Shown here piece by piece: positions 37,801-50,516 of a stretch of 64,000 bases of DNA. Source of the DNA: Trichosphaerium sp. ATCC 40318 (Eukaryota; Protista; Tubulinea); contig JALMLS010000374.1 in the NCBI GenBank assembly GCA_038496445.1, positions 124,001 to 188,000 of the forward strand, given 5' to 3'. The position numbers and the translations under genes were made by a program. The notes below the pieces were generated by a model. The model was not told the origin of the DNA, made no database searches, and was given only the letters and a program-made list of their open reading frames with translations. Numbering within the stretch: position 1 is the first letter of the stretch; the number at the start of each line of letters is the position of its first letter.

Positions 37801-40185
37801 AAACTTGTACATGACACACTTGACACTAAAGTATCACAAGCTGGTATTGCAGCACTTGATTCTCTAGCGAGAAATGCCGAAACTGTTGTTTCAGAACTTC
37901 TTGAGGTACGTCATTCTCCCGCTTTAAGTTCTATGTTTATCACATTCTCTAATCTCACTCGTGTGCTTTAGAAAATGGTTGGACAATTGAAGAAAGCTAA
38001 AAACGAGAAATTACAATCAATCCTGTCAGGAATGGCAAATATTGCAAAAATGCAACCTGATACATTCTTCGGAGAAAGGAGACCTATTTTGAAATATCTT
38101 CTAAATAATGTTGTCACTGAAGAGATGGTTGAAGTAGCTGAGGAGTATGAGGATAAAAAACTTGATGAAGATGGTGATGCTGTGCTTTCAACAAAGGCTC
38201 ACTGTATGGTAAGTATCAGATCAATTTTTCGCTTAAAGAAAAAGCACTGATTTTACGTTTTTTTTTTGGAGCTATTATTCATTGATGTACCTTAGTTATA
38301 TGGTATACGTATACTACGTAACTATGTTGTTTACGGTACAGATACTGTAGACGCATATGAACCAGTTGTTGAGCGCCTTATGGAGCTCATTCCAGAACGT
38401 CACGTTGATTGGGGTGATGTTGAAAACCCAACATATACACAACGTAGAGTCGCTCTTGAAGCCAGTATGGCACTCTTGGATATCGCTGGAACACATCACG
38501 GCGCTGTACCAGTATTGACATACTTACAGTTCATTCCAATAATCACCGATGAATCCCATTTTATCAGAAGCACTTTTGCACGTGCTCTCTTTGATGGTTT
38601 GAGGGATTTGTCTTCTCTACCTCTATCTTATGTATCTCTATTTGGATTCTATGCAAATGATGAATCAAAATCAATCATTTCTAGCGTGAAGCGCTATATT
38701 TCACACGTGCGTTTATTGATCGAAAAAAATTTTGTGGATTTTTTTTTCAAGTATCCAAAAAATTCCTTGGAACTGTGTCTTCGAAATAGTTTTGTTGTAT
38801 TAACTTTTTTTTGTTTTTAGTGTGTTCAATTACGAAGGCGGTTTGTGAAGTCTCATCCACTTGAAGAGCTTCAAGAAGATGGTAAAGAGAGAACAAATGA
38901 GGTCTTGCAACAAATGATACCAGAGTACTCTTTGCCTTATTTGGTGTATGCTATAGCGCACTCAAAGTTCTATGTATACGAAGAAAAGACTCTCAAGCGT
39001 ATTTATGAGTACGTTTTCGAATAACGGAGAAAAAAAATTGAATGCTTTTTTTCTCGACAGAAAGTGTTCACTCTTGCTTTTTTTTTTACTGGAATCATAA
39101 TTTATTATGAGTGGTATATTGTTGACTAATGATTCCTTAGTATGCTTGCGTTTTTCATTGATGTACTATTGAATAGTGATACAAACTTCCCGTTCATTGA
39201 AACACTTTTAAAATTTATAAAACAAACAGAGGATCAGCTAGAGATAGATCCAAAGACTTATACTAGACGACTCTGTACTGTTGCAGATTTGGGTATTAAG
39301 GTTACATTGGAAAGGAAAGAAAAAAGACATTTTCAGATGATAGAGCAACCTGTTAATGTCACATTACCTAAAGCTTTGTTCACTATGGACTATGACGGAG
39401 CTATTCATGATCCAAGTCAACATTACCTTCCATCTCAATTGAACTTGGCTGCAATGGATGAGAGCGTAGATAGTGATGATGAGGGTATGCAAGATAGCGA
39501 TGAGCCAAGGTCTTCTAGACGTACGTTCATCGAAAGATTTGTTGATCAGTGAAGAATTGTTTTGACTTTTTTTTTTCTTCACTTGAAAAAACCGAAAAAT
39601 ATGGGAAACAAATTTAAATGTTCTTTCTTTGTTGTTGACGGTTTTTTCAAGGTGGTTCAAAGCGAAAACAAGATGAGAATGAAGATCCAAATCCTTCACC
39701 TCAAAAGAGACCTAGAGTAGCAAAGAAGGTGCCTAGGAAGACGCCTAGGAAGACTATTGCAAAGAAGACATCAAAGAAGACAATAAAAAAGCCAGCAGCA
39801 AAGAAAACAGCTAAAAAGACTGCTAAAAAAGTACCAAGAAAGACAGTTAAAGTCGCTAAAAAAACAGTACGTATACATGTCTTTCACGAGTACCTTTTTT
39901 TCTTCCATTTTTTTCATTGAACAAAAACTTGAAAACTGGCCACTGTTCGCGTTTTTAGTTAAAAAGTAAAGTACCACTGTGAGTACAACATTGGTTATCT
40001 CAATTTTTTTTGGATTTGAACTTTTTTTCGACCATCATTGGCAACTTCCTTCGTATTTTTTGGGGTCAATTTTTCTTTTATTATTTGGTATAGTACATTG
40101 TCTATTTTTTTGTATAATTGATTACTAATATTCAAAAAAATAGAGCGCCAAGAAGACAACATCGAGAAAAACACGAGCGCGATGA
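34880..40185 (+). CDS. PDS5: Sister chromatid cohesion protein PDS5 homolog (HEAT repeats) with Lys-rich C-terminal tail
   Basis: LLKHKNKEIRLLTACCLADI...YAPNSPY, RLQDPSHDVR, LRLRDKK|QSVR, FTWIPTKLL and MIPEYSLPYLVYAIAH are PDS5 signatures. The last exon SAKKTTSRKTRAR* (40144-40185) is inferred. Confidence 0.88.
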
Positions 40186-40552
40186 GCGTAAAATTTTGTA
40201 CAATAGAAATGAGTAATAAAAAAAAACCGAAAAAAATGAAAATAATTCGATCCGGCTTGTTTTTTTTTTTTTCTTCCTTTGTCTGAAGCGCAAGTGTTGG
40301 ACAACTTGGTAGTTTTTTTGGTCTGTGGGAATATAAAGAATTTTGGTTGTTATTGATCTTAGAATCCATGTGCAATGTAGTCTTCGCCCTCTAAATAGTA
40401 TAGGTGAGTAACAGCGATAGTATAGACGCATCACAATGCGAAAAAAAGTTGAAAAAAAGTTAAAAAAAAAAACTTGTCACGCGTATTCATAGGCCTACAA
40501 AGGACAAATGATAAAGATTTCTTATAGAATAGCATTATTTAAATCAAAACTA

Positions 40553-41334
40553 TCATTTTAACAGACTAAAAGTACAATACAAACCAACTGTACCGAGAAT
40601 TCTTCATGAAAAGGGTTTTTTCCCAAAAAAAAAAAAAACGTACCCAAGATCTCTTGAGACACACTACTTTCCCAATCTCCTCCTCTACCAATAATGTATA
40701 TCATACCTTCTAGTAATCCGAACAGTAATCCACCCATGAGACCGTGGCGTAACTGTTAAGAATATTAAAACTTGCAGTTATACATAAAAAATGCATTAAA
40801 CGCTTAAAACGCGTTGTCCAGGTGTTTTTACCTTTGTTTTAAAGCGTCTTGCACGCTTTAAGTAATACCCTACGCCAAAACCTCCTATAATCGCTGCTGG
40901 ACCTCCTTCCCATCCTGTTACCCCTGGGTAACCTCGTTAGAGTATTTGGGAGTGTTTTACGCTTTATACCTTCGACTATACACTCGAAAACGCTAAAATG
41001 ACCCATCCATCTGAAGAAAGAGAATCCCATCTTTGGCGCCCTTCTAATGAAGCGTCTCCATTTACCAGACGGTTTTGTATTACGCATCTGGGACGCACCA
41101 ATAGAGTGGTATATAGTACCACCAATCAAGCTAATTAATGGCGTTTAGAAGAAATTATAAACAGATTACGTCTAGAGTAGCGTAGAATGCTCACCCAATT
41201 GTAAATCCAGTACCAGCGTCTTCAATAGAGCGTAAAGGGCATTGTCTCTCCTTTACATGACTAGTTAATCTACCTACCTGCTTGTATGTTTTTATTTGTG
41301 GCAGTTCTGTAGGCGTTGGCTGAAGATCCGCCAT
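40553..41334 (-). CDS. Tim17/Tim22/Tim23 family mitochondrial inner-membrane translocase subunit, divergent Tim17-like
   Basis: KERQCPLRSIEDAGTGFTIG|LIGGTIYH...RRAPKMGFSFFRWMGHFSVFECIV...IIGGFGVG...GGLLFGLLEG resembles Tim17 (CP.R...D.G..F..G). The final exon is uncertain. Confidence 0.72.
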
Positions 41335-41697
41335 TGTGTCTGAGTGAATTTACACGGCAACAGCGGCTTAAGTAACAAACATTTAAGTCGTCTTACAAGT
41401 TTTTTTTCAACACAAATCGCGACTATTTGTTTACACTGTACAACCAAGCAACCAGCGTGGTCTCAAATAACATGTTCTTTACTTAGACCCTCATCGAGCA
41501 AAAGACATTTTGCCGTTTTTGTTGATCACAGTTTAATATCGTTTTGAAGCTTTGTTTGGTTTTGATTTCTATTGCTCTTTGAAGTGTTTTCCATTCAAAC
41601 TGCATCTTTGTCTTTACAATGAACTATACGTTTATTTTGGTAGTACTGTGTTTTTGTTTTTTCTAGTTACAGCTTATTCTTTCTGTGTTTCCTTCTT

Positions 41698-44600
41698 TTA
41701 AAACAACGCTAGTACAAGACATATGACCATAATACCAACAACAATGGTGTTATGGATAGCGCTTGAGTTAGCTCCTCTGGCAGATACAGAAGTCTCCTGT
41801 TCGACACCAGTAGGTTGTAAATCAAAAGACTTCCATTGTAGGTAAGTAGCAGAATAGATTTGGTTTACTGAAGTTTGATCGTTTGTGAACTCAATCCATT
41901 GCTTAAAAGCATCACCAGAAGATGTTTCACCATCAGCTAAAAATAAAACGTGATTAGCACGTGAAAAGAGAAAGAAAAACCACGAGAAAAAAAACGATTT
42001 CATAAAAAAAAATGGATGTGTTTTTTCAGCGTTTGAGGTTATGTTCTGTTTGTGTACCATGTGTGATGCTGACTACAATATCATACTCTGCTTCAACACT
42101 TCTCTTTTTGGACTGAGAAACTGAAACTCTGCTTTCGGAGATACTTGTTGTGGTAGCAATATAAGTCTTCAGTAGTGCGAGTCTTTCTTGGAATGTAGGA
42201 CCAGTACTGGCTGGTGTTGGCGTGGCATCGTCTTTTAAGATGTTAGCGGTACGTATTATCTATTGCTGACGTACCGTATGGTGGGTTCAGAGTACAAGTT
42301 GGTGCTGCAATTGTGTTTGAAGGAACAGGTGTAAAAGTTACTGAATCTGGTCTTGTCTTTGTCCAGTGATGATGGAAAGCCAAGCTCATTGGGAATTCAC
42401 CACTTGAAGGTGTACCAATAGCGTATACAATATTTTGTGGTTCCTAAAAGAGAAAGAAGAGTGTCAGGGTGTTGATTTTTTGGATTGTTTTTTTTTTTGT
42501 ATTCGTACTGTTGTTTTAATGGCTGAGTCACATTCATCGCTGTCAGTGATAGGTACGATTGCCTCCCATATGAGGAAGTTACCGTCACGGCTTCCGCTTA
42601 CTTTTTGAGCGTGATTACAACATTGTGGCTTAATAGAGTCAGGGCACATGGCATTAGTTTGACCGCGTTCGCATTTATCTAGAAACAAAGTTAACAAAAA
42701 AGTCTTGTATTTTCGACTGTTTTTGGAAGGACGTTGTACCCTGGTTTGGTGAAGCTTTTTGTCCCAAGAACATTTGTTCTACTTTAACCTCAGATGAAGT
42801 ACTATCATAAGCGCCAACAATGACATTACTGCCAACCATGTTTCCGCTTGGTGAGAAACCTAAAAAAAGAGTCAAAAAAAAAAAAAGAACTCTGAGACAT
42901 GTTTTCAGGTTTTCTTGTGTTTAACGTACCGAAAGCGCAATAATCAGACTCTGTGTTAGTCTCACAGACTACACCGATCTTAATAGCATCTGTGCCGACA
43001 GAGTAGTAAACAACAAAGTGTTGATCTGAAGGTACTAAGTTGCTTGTTTTATCTAAAGTATGATCATATCCAGCAAGAACAGGAGCCATCTCAATTGAAC
43101 GTTTGTATCCAGGATCAGTGACGACTGATTGTGGTTCTTCGTCTGATACACGTGCGTTAACAGTAACACTGTCAGGACATGTTGGTGCAGCATTAGCAGT
43201 AACAGTCCATCTTCCAAGTGTATAACCAAGGCTCTCTGCTCCGTCCCAGTTTACAGTGAATTCAGAGAAAGGCCAGTATTGAGTTCTTCCTGGCTTGAAG
43301 CTTGTTGGTTGACCTCTGTTCTAAATATAGTGTTAAAAGCATACGGCAAGAGAGGTAATTGAAGGTTTTATTTTTGAAGAAAAAGCCGTACTTCAGGAGC
43401 TGGTGAGAAAGCGTTATCATCACCGATAGCTACAAGTATGTCATCAGTTTCAAGGGAGTTGTATCCAAAGTGAGCTCTGTATCCTCCTTGAACTTGTTCA
43501 ACACATTCCAAAGTAGGTCCTACAGCAAGTTGTGGTTGTTGTGGTGGATCAGTAGCCGCTAGAGAAAGAAAACAGTTAGTCAAAGACATTTTCTATTAAT
43601 ACAAAAAAAAAACTGAAATGGTATTACTAACCTCCGCAAATTTCTGGATCGTATGGTACCGCAGCAGTGAAAGAAACCATTTGGTCAGTTGCTAAGGGAT
43701 GTGTTAGAGGTATATTAATGGTATTACAAGCGAAGAAGCGTACTTGATCCCAAGAAACGCATGTGATCAATTGACCATTCTCTGGATTGTCCGTCTGCTG
43801 GAGCTATTGAGAATTGTACATATTTCAAAGTTACTTCTCCAGTTGTAGGCCATGTGAAGAATGTCATTGGTATGCGTATTCTTGTCCATCTTGTATCATC
43901 AACAATAAAGTTCTCAACGAAATCTGGATTTTCCCTCATAGAAGCCCATTGTTCGCCAGTCTCATCTGTTTCGACATTGACTAAGAGAGGTGTGAGATGG
44001 AGATGTGGGTTTTTTTCGAAGAAGATGTCATCATTTTTATGTTGTTTTTTTTTTGTACCCCAGAAGTCTTCTGTTCTGCCTTCTCCTTCACTTAGTCTTA
44101 CGAAAGCTTCAAGGAATCTAACTTGTCCAGCATTTATCTTTGCTCTTCCTGTTAATTCAGGTGTCCATTTTGGACGGAATACAAGACGATGCCATCTTGA
44201 TGAAGAGGACATGGTAATTGAAGTACCTTCAAAAAAAATAAGTCACAAAAAACTCCCAAAAGTTGTTTGAACTTGTGCTCATTTCATCAAGTTGATTCTC
44301 TGTGAATTCTCAATTACGTACCGCATACACCAGGTTTGTCGAAAGTACGCTCTACTGGACAATCCCAACAATCAGGGAGTGGATTAAAGAGAGGACTAGT
44401 CAAAAAGCATTAGAGGAAAAAAACTGTCTGTTATGTTGCGGTTTAACGTACTCTCCTGTATCAGTGTAAATATCTTGTACAGATGGTACATCACATGGTG
44501 ATGAGATATCAGGTTTATCTGGTGGTGCACTATAGTTGATTTTAGAAAGACAAAGAAGGCAAGAAGGAGCCAAAACCCTCATGTGTTTTTTTTTGTTTCA

Positions 44601-47600
44601 CAATCTCTTTCTTACCTGCAAGTACCAGAGCAACCAATTTGTCCACGAATAGCACCAGTAGGATGATCAGCAGTAGCGACAACAACAAACATGTTGCCTT
44701 CAGCCAAAGCAACTAAAGAAACGAATCAGCAATTTTCTTTCTATTTTCTTGACTTTTTTAAATAGTTCATTTAGAAGCAGGCACTTACCCCACATGTCGT
44801 GACTCAAGGTGATAATACCAGCCACTGGACTTGTTGGTGGAGATGGGAGCGTCAATGAATCAATCATGTAATCTGTTTCACCAACAGCACCAACACCGAA
44901 CATCGCTGTCGTTGCAGATTCAGTCAAACTATAAAACAAACAAAACATTAGAACAAAAAGAACGTTTGATCTTCGGACGTACCCATGATGTATCCTGTAT
45001 GTTAATTGTCTCTTGTCTACATCCAATTCAAAGAAAGCAGCACCTTCACCATCAGAATTTGTGCTTGCTTGGCAAGGCTTCAAGTCAGCTTGGAATCTAT
45101 CATTATTGAGCCAAGAATCGGCTGGGAAGCTCTTTGCGGTTGTTCCAGGAGCATTACAAGTTCCTCCAGGGCATGTAGCAGTGAAAGTGATAGTGTCTCC
45201 GTAAGATTCATAATCAGCTAGTCCGTATCTTGTGTAGTACCCTGTTCTTGTGTTTACGAACAAAAAGTACACGTGTTGACTCGATGCGTCGTAGTAGTAC
45301 GTGTATGGCACCAAGTCGCTGAACTTGGAGACAGCTGTGAAAGTCTCAGCGTTAGGGTCGCCAGTATATCTTGTCTGGACCATATTGAATGTTGTTCCTG
45401 TCTTGTATGGTAGAGCGAATACAATCCAATCACCTGGGAAGGCGGAATGCATCATAATACTTAGAGATTTTGGTGAATGATCATTGCTATCATAAGCACT
45501 TTGAACGAATCTTAAAGCGATGATTTCGTGTGTTTGAACGTTAGTCATATCTTGCCTACATAGAGCATGAGATGGTCATCACAACGGAATTTTCAAGAGA
45601 GAATTTTTGAGCAGAATGAGGATAGGTAAGGAAAAAAAACTTCAGAAAAACCGAAAAAATAGTCGTACCATGTTGAACCTGAGTCCCAACCTGATCCACC
45701 GTAAATTTCGCTTGGTTTACTTGGCTTGTAATATTCAGTACGAGCCCACCTTGCGTTAGCCCAGTTTCTGTATTGGTTATCAGAAGGTAGATCTCTACCT
45801 CGTAGAGTAATTTGAGCATATCCTTGACTAAGAAAAACAGTAAGTTAAAGATTTCAGGCTAATCACTCTTTGAGGTTGTCAAACTTACATTGAAGGAGGA
45901 CAAGTCCAAGCGTTCCAATCTGGACGACGTGTACATGTGTCAAAGAGCATAGGAGGATTTCTATCGGAGACGATCCATGTAGGAACCTTGTTTCCTGTAA
46001 GAGTTCCATCAACATCCATCCTAGAATATTGTTAAAAGGCATCTTTTTTTGTGAAGTCGATTGTCAAGTACATACCAGTTAAGACCATATTCACAATCTT
46101 TACCGCCATATTGGATGTAAACCTTATTAGAGTTTTCAAAAGTCAAGTCCCAGTATTTATTCCTAAGGGTCAGGTAAGAGGATACTTCATTTTGTTATTG
46201 AGTTTTTTTCTTCAATAGTACCTGGTGTCAAGCATGAAAGGTCCTCGGAATAATACACAAAGACCGCCAGCAGGACGTTCAGCTGTAGATACAAAGTTCT
46301 TAAAATGATTGCGGCGACCATATTGTGGACCACCATTATCGTAAGCACTGTGTCCAGTCTACGAGTAAAATGGTCAGATAGAATTCAAAAAAAAAAAGAA
46401 TCACTTCATAAAAACTCACCAATAACTGCTCCGGAGCATCACTACTCCAAGGATGAGGGTAACTTCTGTTATGTTCAGCAATATGAGGATGACCACTGAG
46501 TCGATGAGTTAGTCATAAAAAAAAAACAAGAAAAAAGGAAGAAAAAACTACTCACACATTATCAGTCTCTCCAACGAACAAGGAGTCTTCTATCATAGTT
46601 ATACCGTTTACCATTAAACCGACTTTGTTATCCAAAAGCTTTGCGCCTGTGAATCTCATAGTACTTTGTCCCCAGATACCGAAACTTCTGCATTTGTAGG
46701 CGACACAATTAGTGAAAACAGGTTCAACCCATTCATAATCTCTAGCACTGTTTCCTTTATCAAAAGGTCCTTGTCTAGGATCATAGAAACCACCTCCTTT
46801 GACTTCTCCCTTATCATTCATAAAGCTATCAATCTCGATACCAGTATCGGCAGCACTATTGCATGGTTACGAAACATCTTTGAAGAAGAACATGGATCCA
46901 AGAAAAAAACACGATGGACGTGGAAGAAAAGACAAGTAGGTACCTGTGCGCGACATTGTTGGCGAATTCAAGAATAGGAGTCCATCTAGGGCGAATTTCG
47001 ATGTGATTAACACCGTATATTGGCGCAGCGAGACCAGTCTAGATATAGAAAATGAGTCGCTTCACGTTGAGTTTTAAGTCATAAAAGGAAACTTACGGCA
47101 TCTTTAGGAAGAATGAACCAAAATCCGAAACGACCGCCAACAGCGACGTTATTGGTTATTACATTGTCAGGATCTAAAGTGTACAATCACTTTACAAATA
47201 GCTTTAAGTTTAGGAGCGTACTTGTGATCCAGAAAACTGAAGGTGAACTATCAGATGGAATGATTTGAAAGTTTGATGTGTCTCCAACTGGTTTTGGATC
47301 GATACCCAAGTTACCAGAGATAGTATTTTTTCTTTCAGCACCATCCTCCAAAAAGAAACAATGTCCGAAAGTGTTATAAGCGACATTATCATTACACTCA
47401 ACACCATGAGTTTCTATAAAAGAAATCAGAGAAAAAGACGTGAAATAAGTGGATTTTTTTTTTCAATCGGACATACCGTGGATGACGTAACAACGTTGGA
47501 AACAATCATGAATACTGTTTGAACTAGCATATATATCTAGACCTTGGACGTCACGAAGTAAATGGAAATGAATTGGGTATCTGTATTGATAAAATTAACA

Positions 47601-49250
47601 CAAATTGTTGACATGTGTTTAAAACACAATGTACCTTGCTTTTACACCCTTTTGTCCCATACGTCTAAACTCTACACCGGAAACTTGTAAAACAGGACCT
47701 TTTCTCATTATGAAATGGCCACCATATCCATCGGTTTCAGAAAGATCGTCACCTAAGAGAAGGGAATTTAGACTTCAACATTCAAAAAAACCAAAAGACT
47801 GCTCTTAGTTTTGCCTACCTTGGACAACAATATGTCTTGTCAACAATCCAACTTCTCCCTTCTCATCTCCAGCACCCCAATGCATATAAGTAAGTGCAGG
47901 TGTAAACGTGATAGAATTGCCTTTTCATAAGTAAGTAACACTGCAACATAGTGGCGATGAAAAACTAACCGTTCACTGCTGTTATTGTTGCAGTCTCAGT
48001 TTGAGCTGGGAAGTCAGGCCATCCTCTCATCCAGTTCACTGATGAATCCTCAACAGTTTTCAAAGCTTCATGGAAATCGGTATTGGCGAAAACAATCTCG
48101 TCACCTAGCAAGGAGGAGTTAACAAAAACGAGCGAAATTTCTGTGACCAAGATTTGTTTTTCGTACCAACACTCCATCCTGGGTTATCAACTAGCGTTGC
48201 TGTTGTAGCACCAACATTAGCTGTAGCACCCAAGTTAGTCCATCCCTTTGTAGCAAGGCGACCATGCATAGATATACTACCGCCCGTGGCTACAGCCAAA
48301 CCCTTTGAACCAAGATTTGCTAAAGAGAGGAAAAAGATAAGCTTATTGTTTCTAGAAAAGACAAAGTAGGAAAAAATCCACATTTTGGTGTTCATAAAAA
48401 GTCGGTCTGGTTCGAGAGAATACGTACTTCCCAAGTCAAGTGGGTCAGCTCCCATATCATTTGTTTGAGAATTAGGTCTAGCGCCATGGAAAGTTATAAC
48501 AACCTTCTTTGTGATAGGACAATCTGGTGAACCAATTATCAAGTGTCCTTCGTTATTGACCCTGATCCATTTTGTATCTAAATAACAAAACATCGTAAGT
48601 CCTCGTAACGTCTATCTTTGTTTTATGACACAAAACAATCCCTTATTTCTCCGGAAGTTTATAAAACACAAAAAAGATGTTTTTCGAAGATTCCATGTGA
48701 CATAACACCACATGGTGTTGACGCAATGGAAAGGGAAACAGTGTATCACACAACGGTTGTAAAATAACCAAACGCTAGTTTCGCTAAAAAAGGATGTTCA
48801 TGCTTCTCGTTCATCACGTGATAATAAGATGTAGAATATTAATTTTGGTTTTTGGTCCAAACTTGCGTTGCTTGCGCAGAAAATTTTTGTATTTGTTTAG
48901 TGTACCAAGGTTAATATCAGCGTCATCAATAACGAGTGTTCCTGATATAGAGATTGATCCTAATGTATTTCCAGGCGAAGCAGAGAGTTTATACGTCTGT
49001 CCCGCAGGTATAACAACGTTAGCACCAGCAGCGTTCCACGCAGAAGCTAAACGTTCGTATTAATAAAAGTTGTAACGCTTTAGCTGAGAAACGTTGTAAA
49101 AACACTTGACACGTGATATTAAACATATCCTACGCTTAATGAATACGTACGCCACGCTTGTAGGCCTCCTTGATTATGTGGACATTGACCTTGTATTCCA
49201 ATTGTCACTATGCATAGCACCGCTACTAAAGCGGCTAAAGAGCTTGCCAT
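41698..49250 (-). CDS. Large secreted/GPI-anchored G8 + CEMIP/TMEM2-like beta-helix + CHRD + CBM-like + DOMON mosaic protein
   Basis: Signal peptide MASSLAALVAVLCIVTIGIQG-QCPH; G8 (LIIGSPDCPITKKVVITFHG...GSKGLAV...ISMHG); EVGLLTRHIVVQG, RYPIHFHL, FQRCYVIHG, TFGHCFFLEDGAE; CHRD (AFFELD...LTYRIHH...HPTGAIRGQI); DOMON (YCAFGFSPSGNMVGSNVIVG); hydrophobic C-terminus IVVGIMVICLVLALF*. Confidence 0.85.
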
Positions 49251-50516
49251 GCTTTGAACTGTGTTTGGTTTCAAAAAGTTTATGAAAAAAGTAAACACGG
49301 TCAATACACTATTGGAGTGTGCACGAATGGAACGAACCTTGCTAAACTCTGTAAATATAGGCTTACGCAGTGTAGTGATTGCAACGAGAGAGCTCGAAAG
49401 CGAGGAAACTCGTTTGCGCGTGGCCTCGTCTTACAATTTTCTGACATTTAAAAAATCAATCAGTTTAGGCTTACCTACGCGTTGATGGCTCTTGCAATGA
49501 CTGGTGAGTAAGGATATGTGATTTGGTTGGTGTCACTCGGGTAAATTGTTTTTGCTGTACTTCAGAGCAGCAGGTGCAGTTTTTCTTGATATCAGAATAC
49601 TTAAAAAGACTTTGGAGTTGTAGCAGAAAACAGATTTTTGGTGTTTGTGAAACAAAATGTACGTTTGGGGCAACGCTAGGACTTTGAAATAAATCATCAC
49701 AGTGGCCTCACAAACATTGTTCCTAGAGTTCTAAGTTCGTCACTGATGAATTGACGTACGCCGAAGAATTGGCACTTGCGCACGTTATTACCCTGTGTCG
49801 GCGTTTCAGTTCGCGAAAGACTACAAATTCGCTGTGAACTCTGTTGGCTCAAGGTCAAGTGTAGCTACAAAAGATCATTTTTGTTCATGGTTTTATGTAG
49901 GGCCACCGTTAACTTTCTTACGGCGATTTTTGGGGTCCATGTGGTTTGGTGTACTCTTGTGAAACGAGCGGGCATTTTATTAAAACGCAATGACTTGGCA
50001 TCCTTGTGGCTGTTCTGAGCGCGTTGTATCAGTGCGGTAGAACGCGAACAATAGGCTTTCTTAAAATAAACGTTATGAAAAGGGACTTTGACGTGTTACA
50101 AGACTTCCTTTTTATCTTTTAGCGCTGGTTGTTAGTATCACTCCCTTACACCATTCTCAGCCTGGACTATCGCCATTTATTTACACTTATGATACAACTA
50201 TGAAAAGCGTACCTGTCGGTGCAACAAGCACTAAAAGAATTGGGAACAGTTTGATAAAACAGTTTAAAAAGTAGACATTATTAATATCACGTGGCAACAC
50301 AAAAACTGCAGTAGCTACGCGGTGTGAATGTGTATTTTTCAGAGCAATATATGGACAGACAATAAACGAGACAAGCTTTATTACAGAGGTCTAATTTACT
50401 TGAGCAGAATTACTTCGTAAGCGAATTCTTATGACTATGGATTGTTTCAACTGTCAAGCTACGTGGTTCATTATTTTGACACCTCAACCTATGTATTGGT
50501 AACGTGCTGACTCTGC

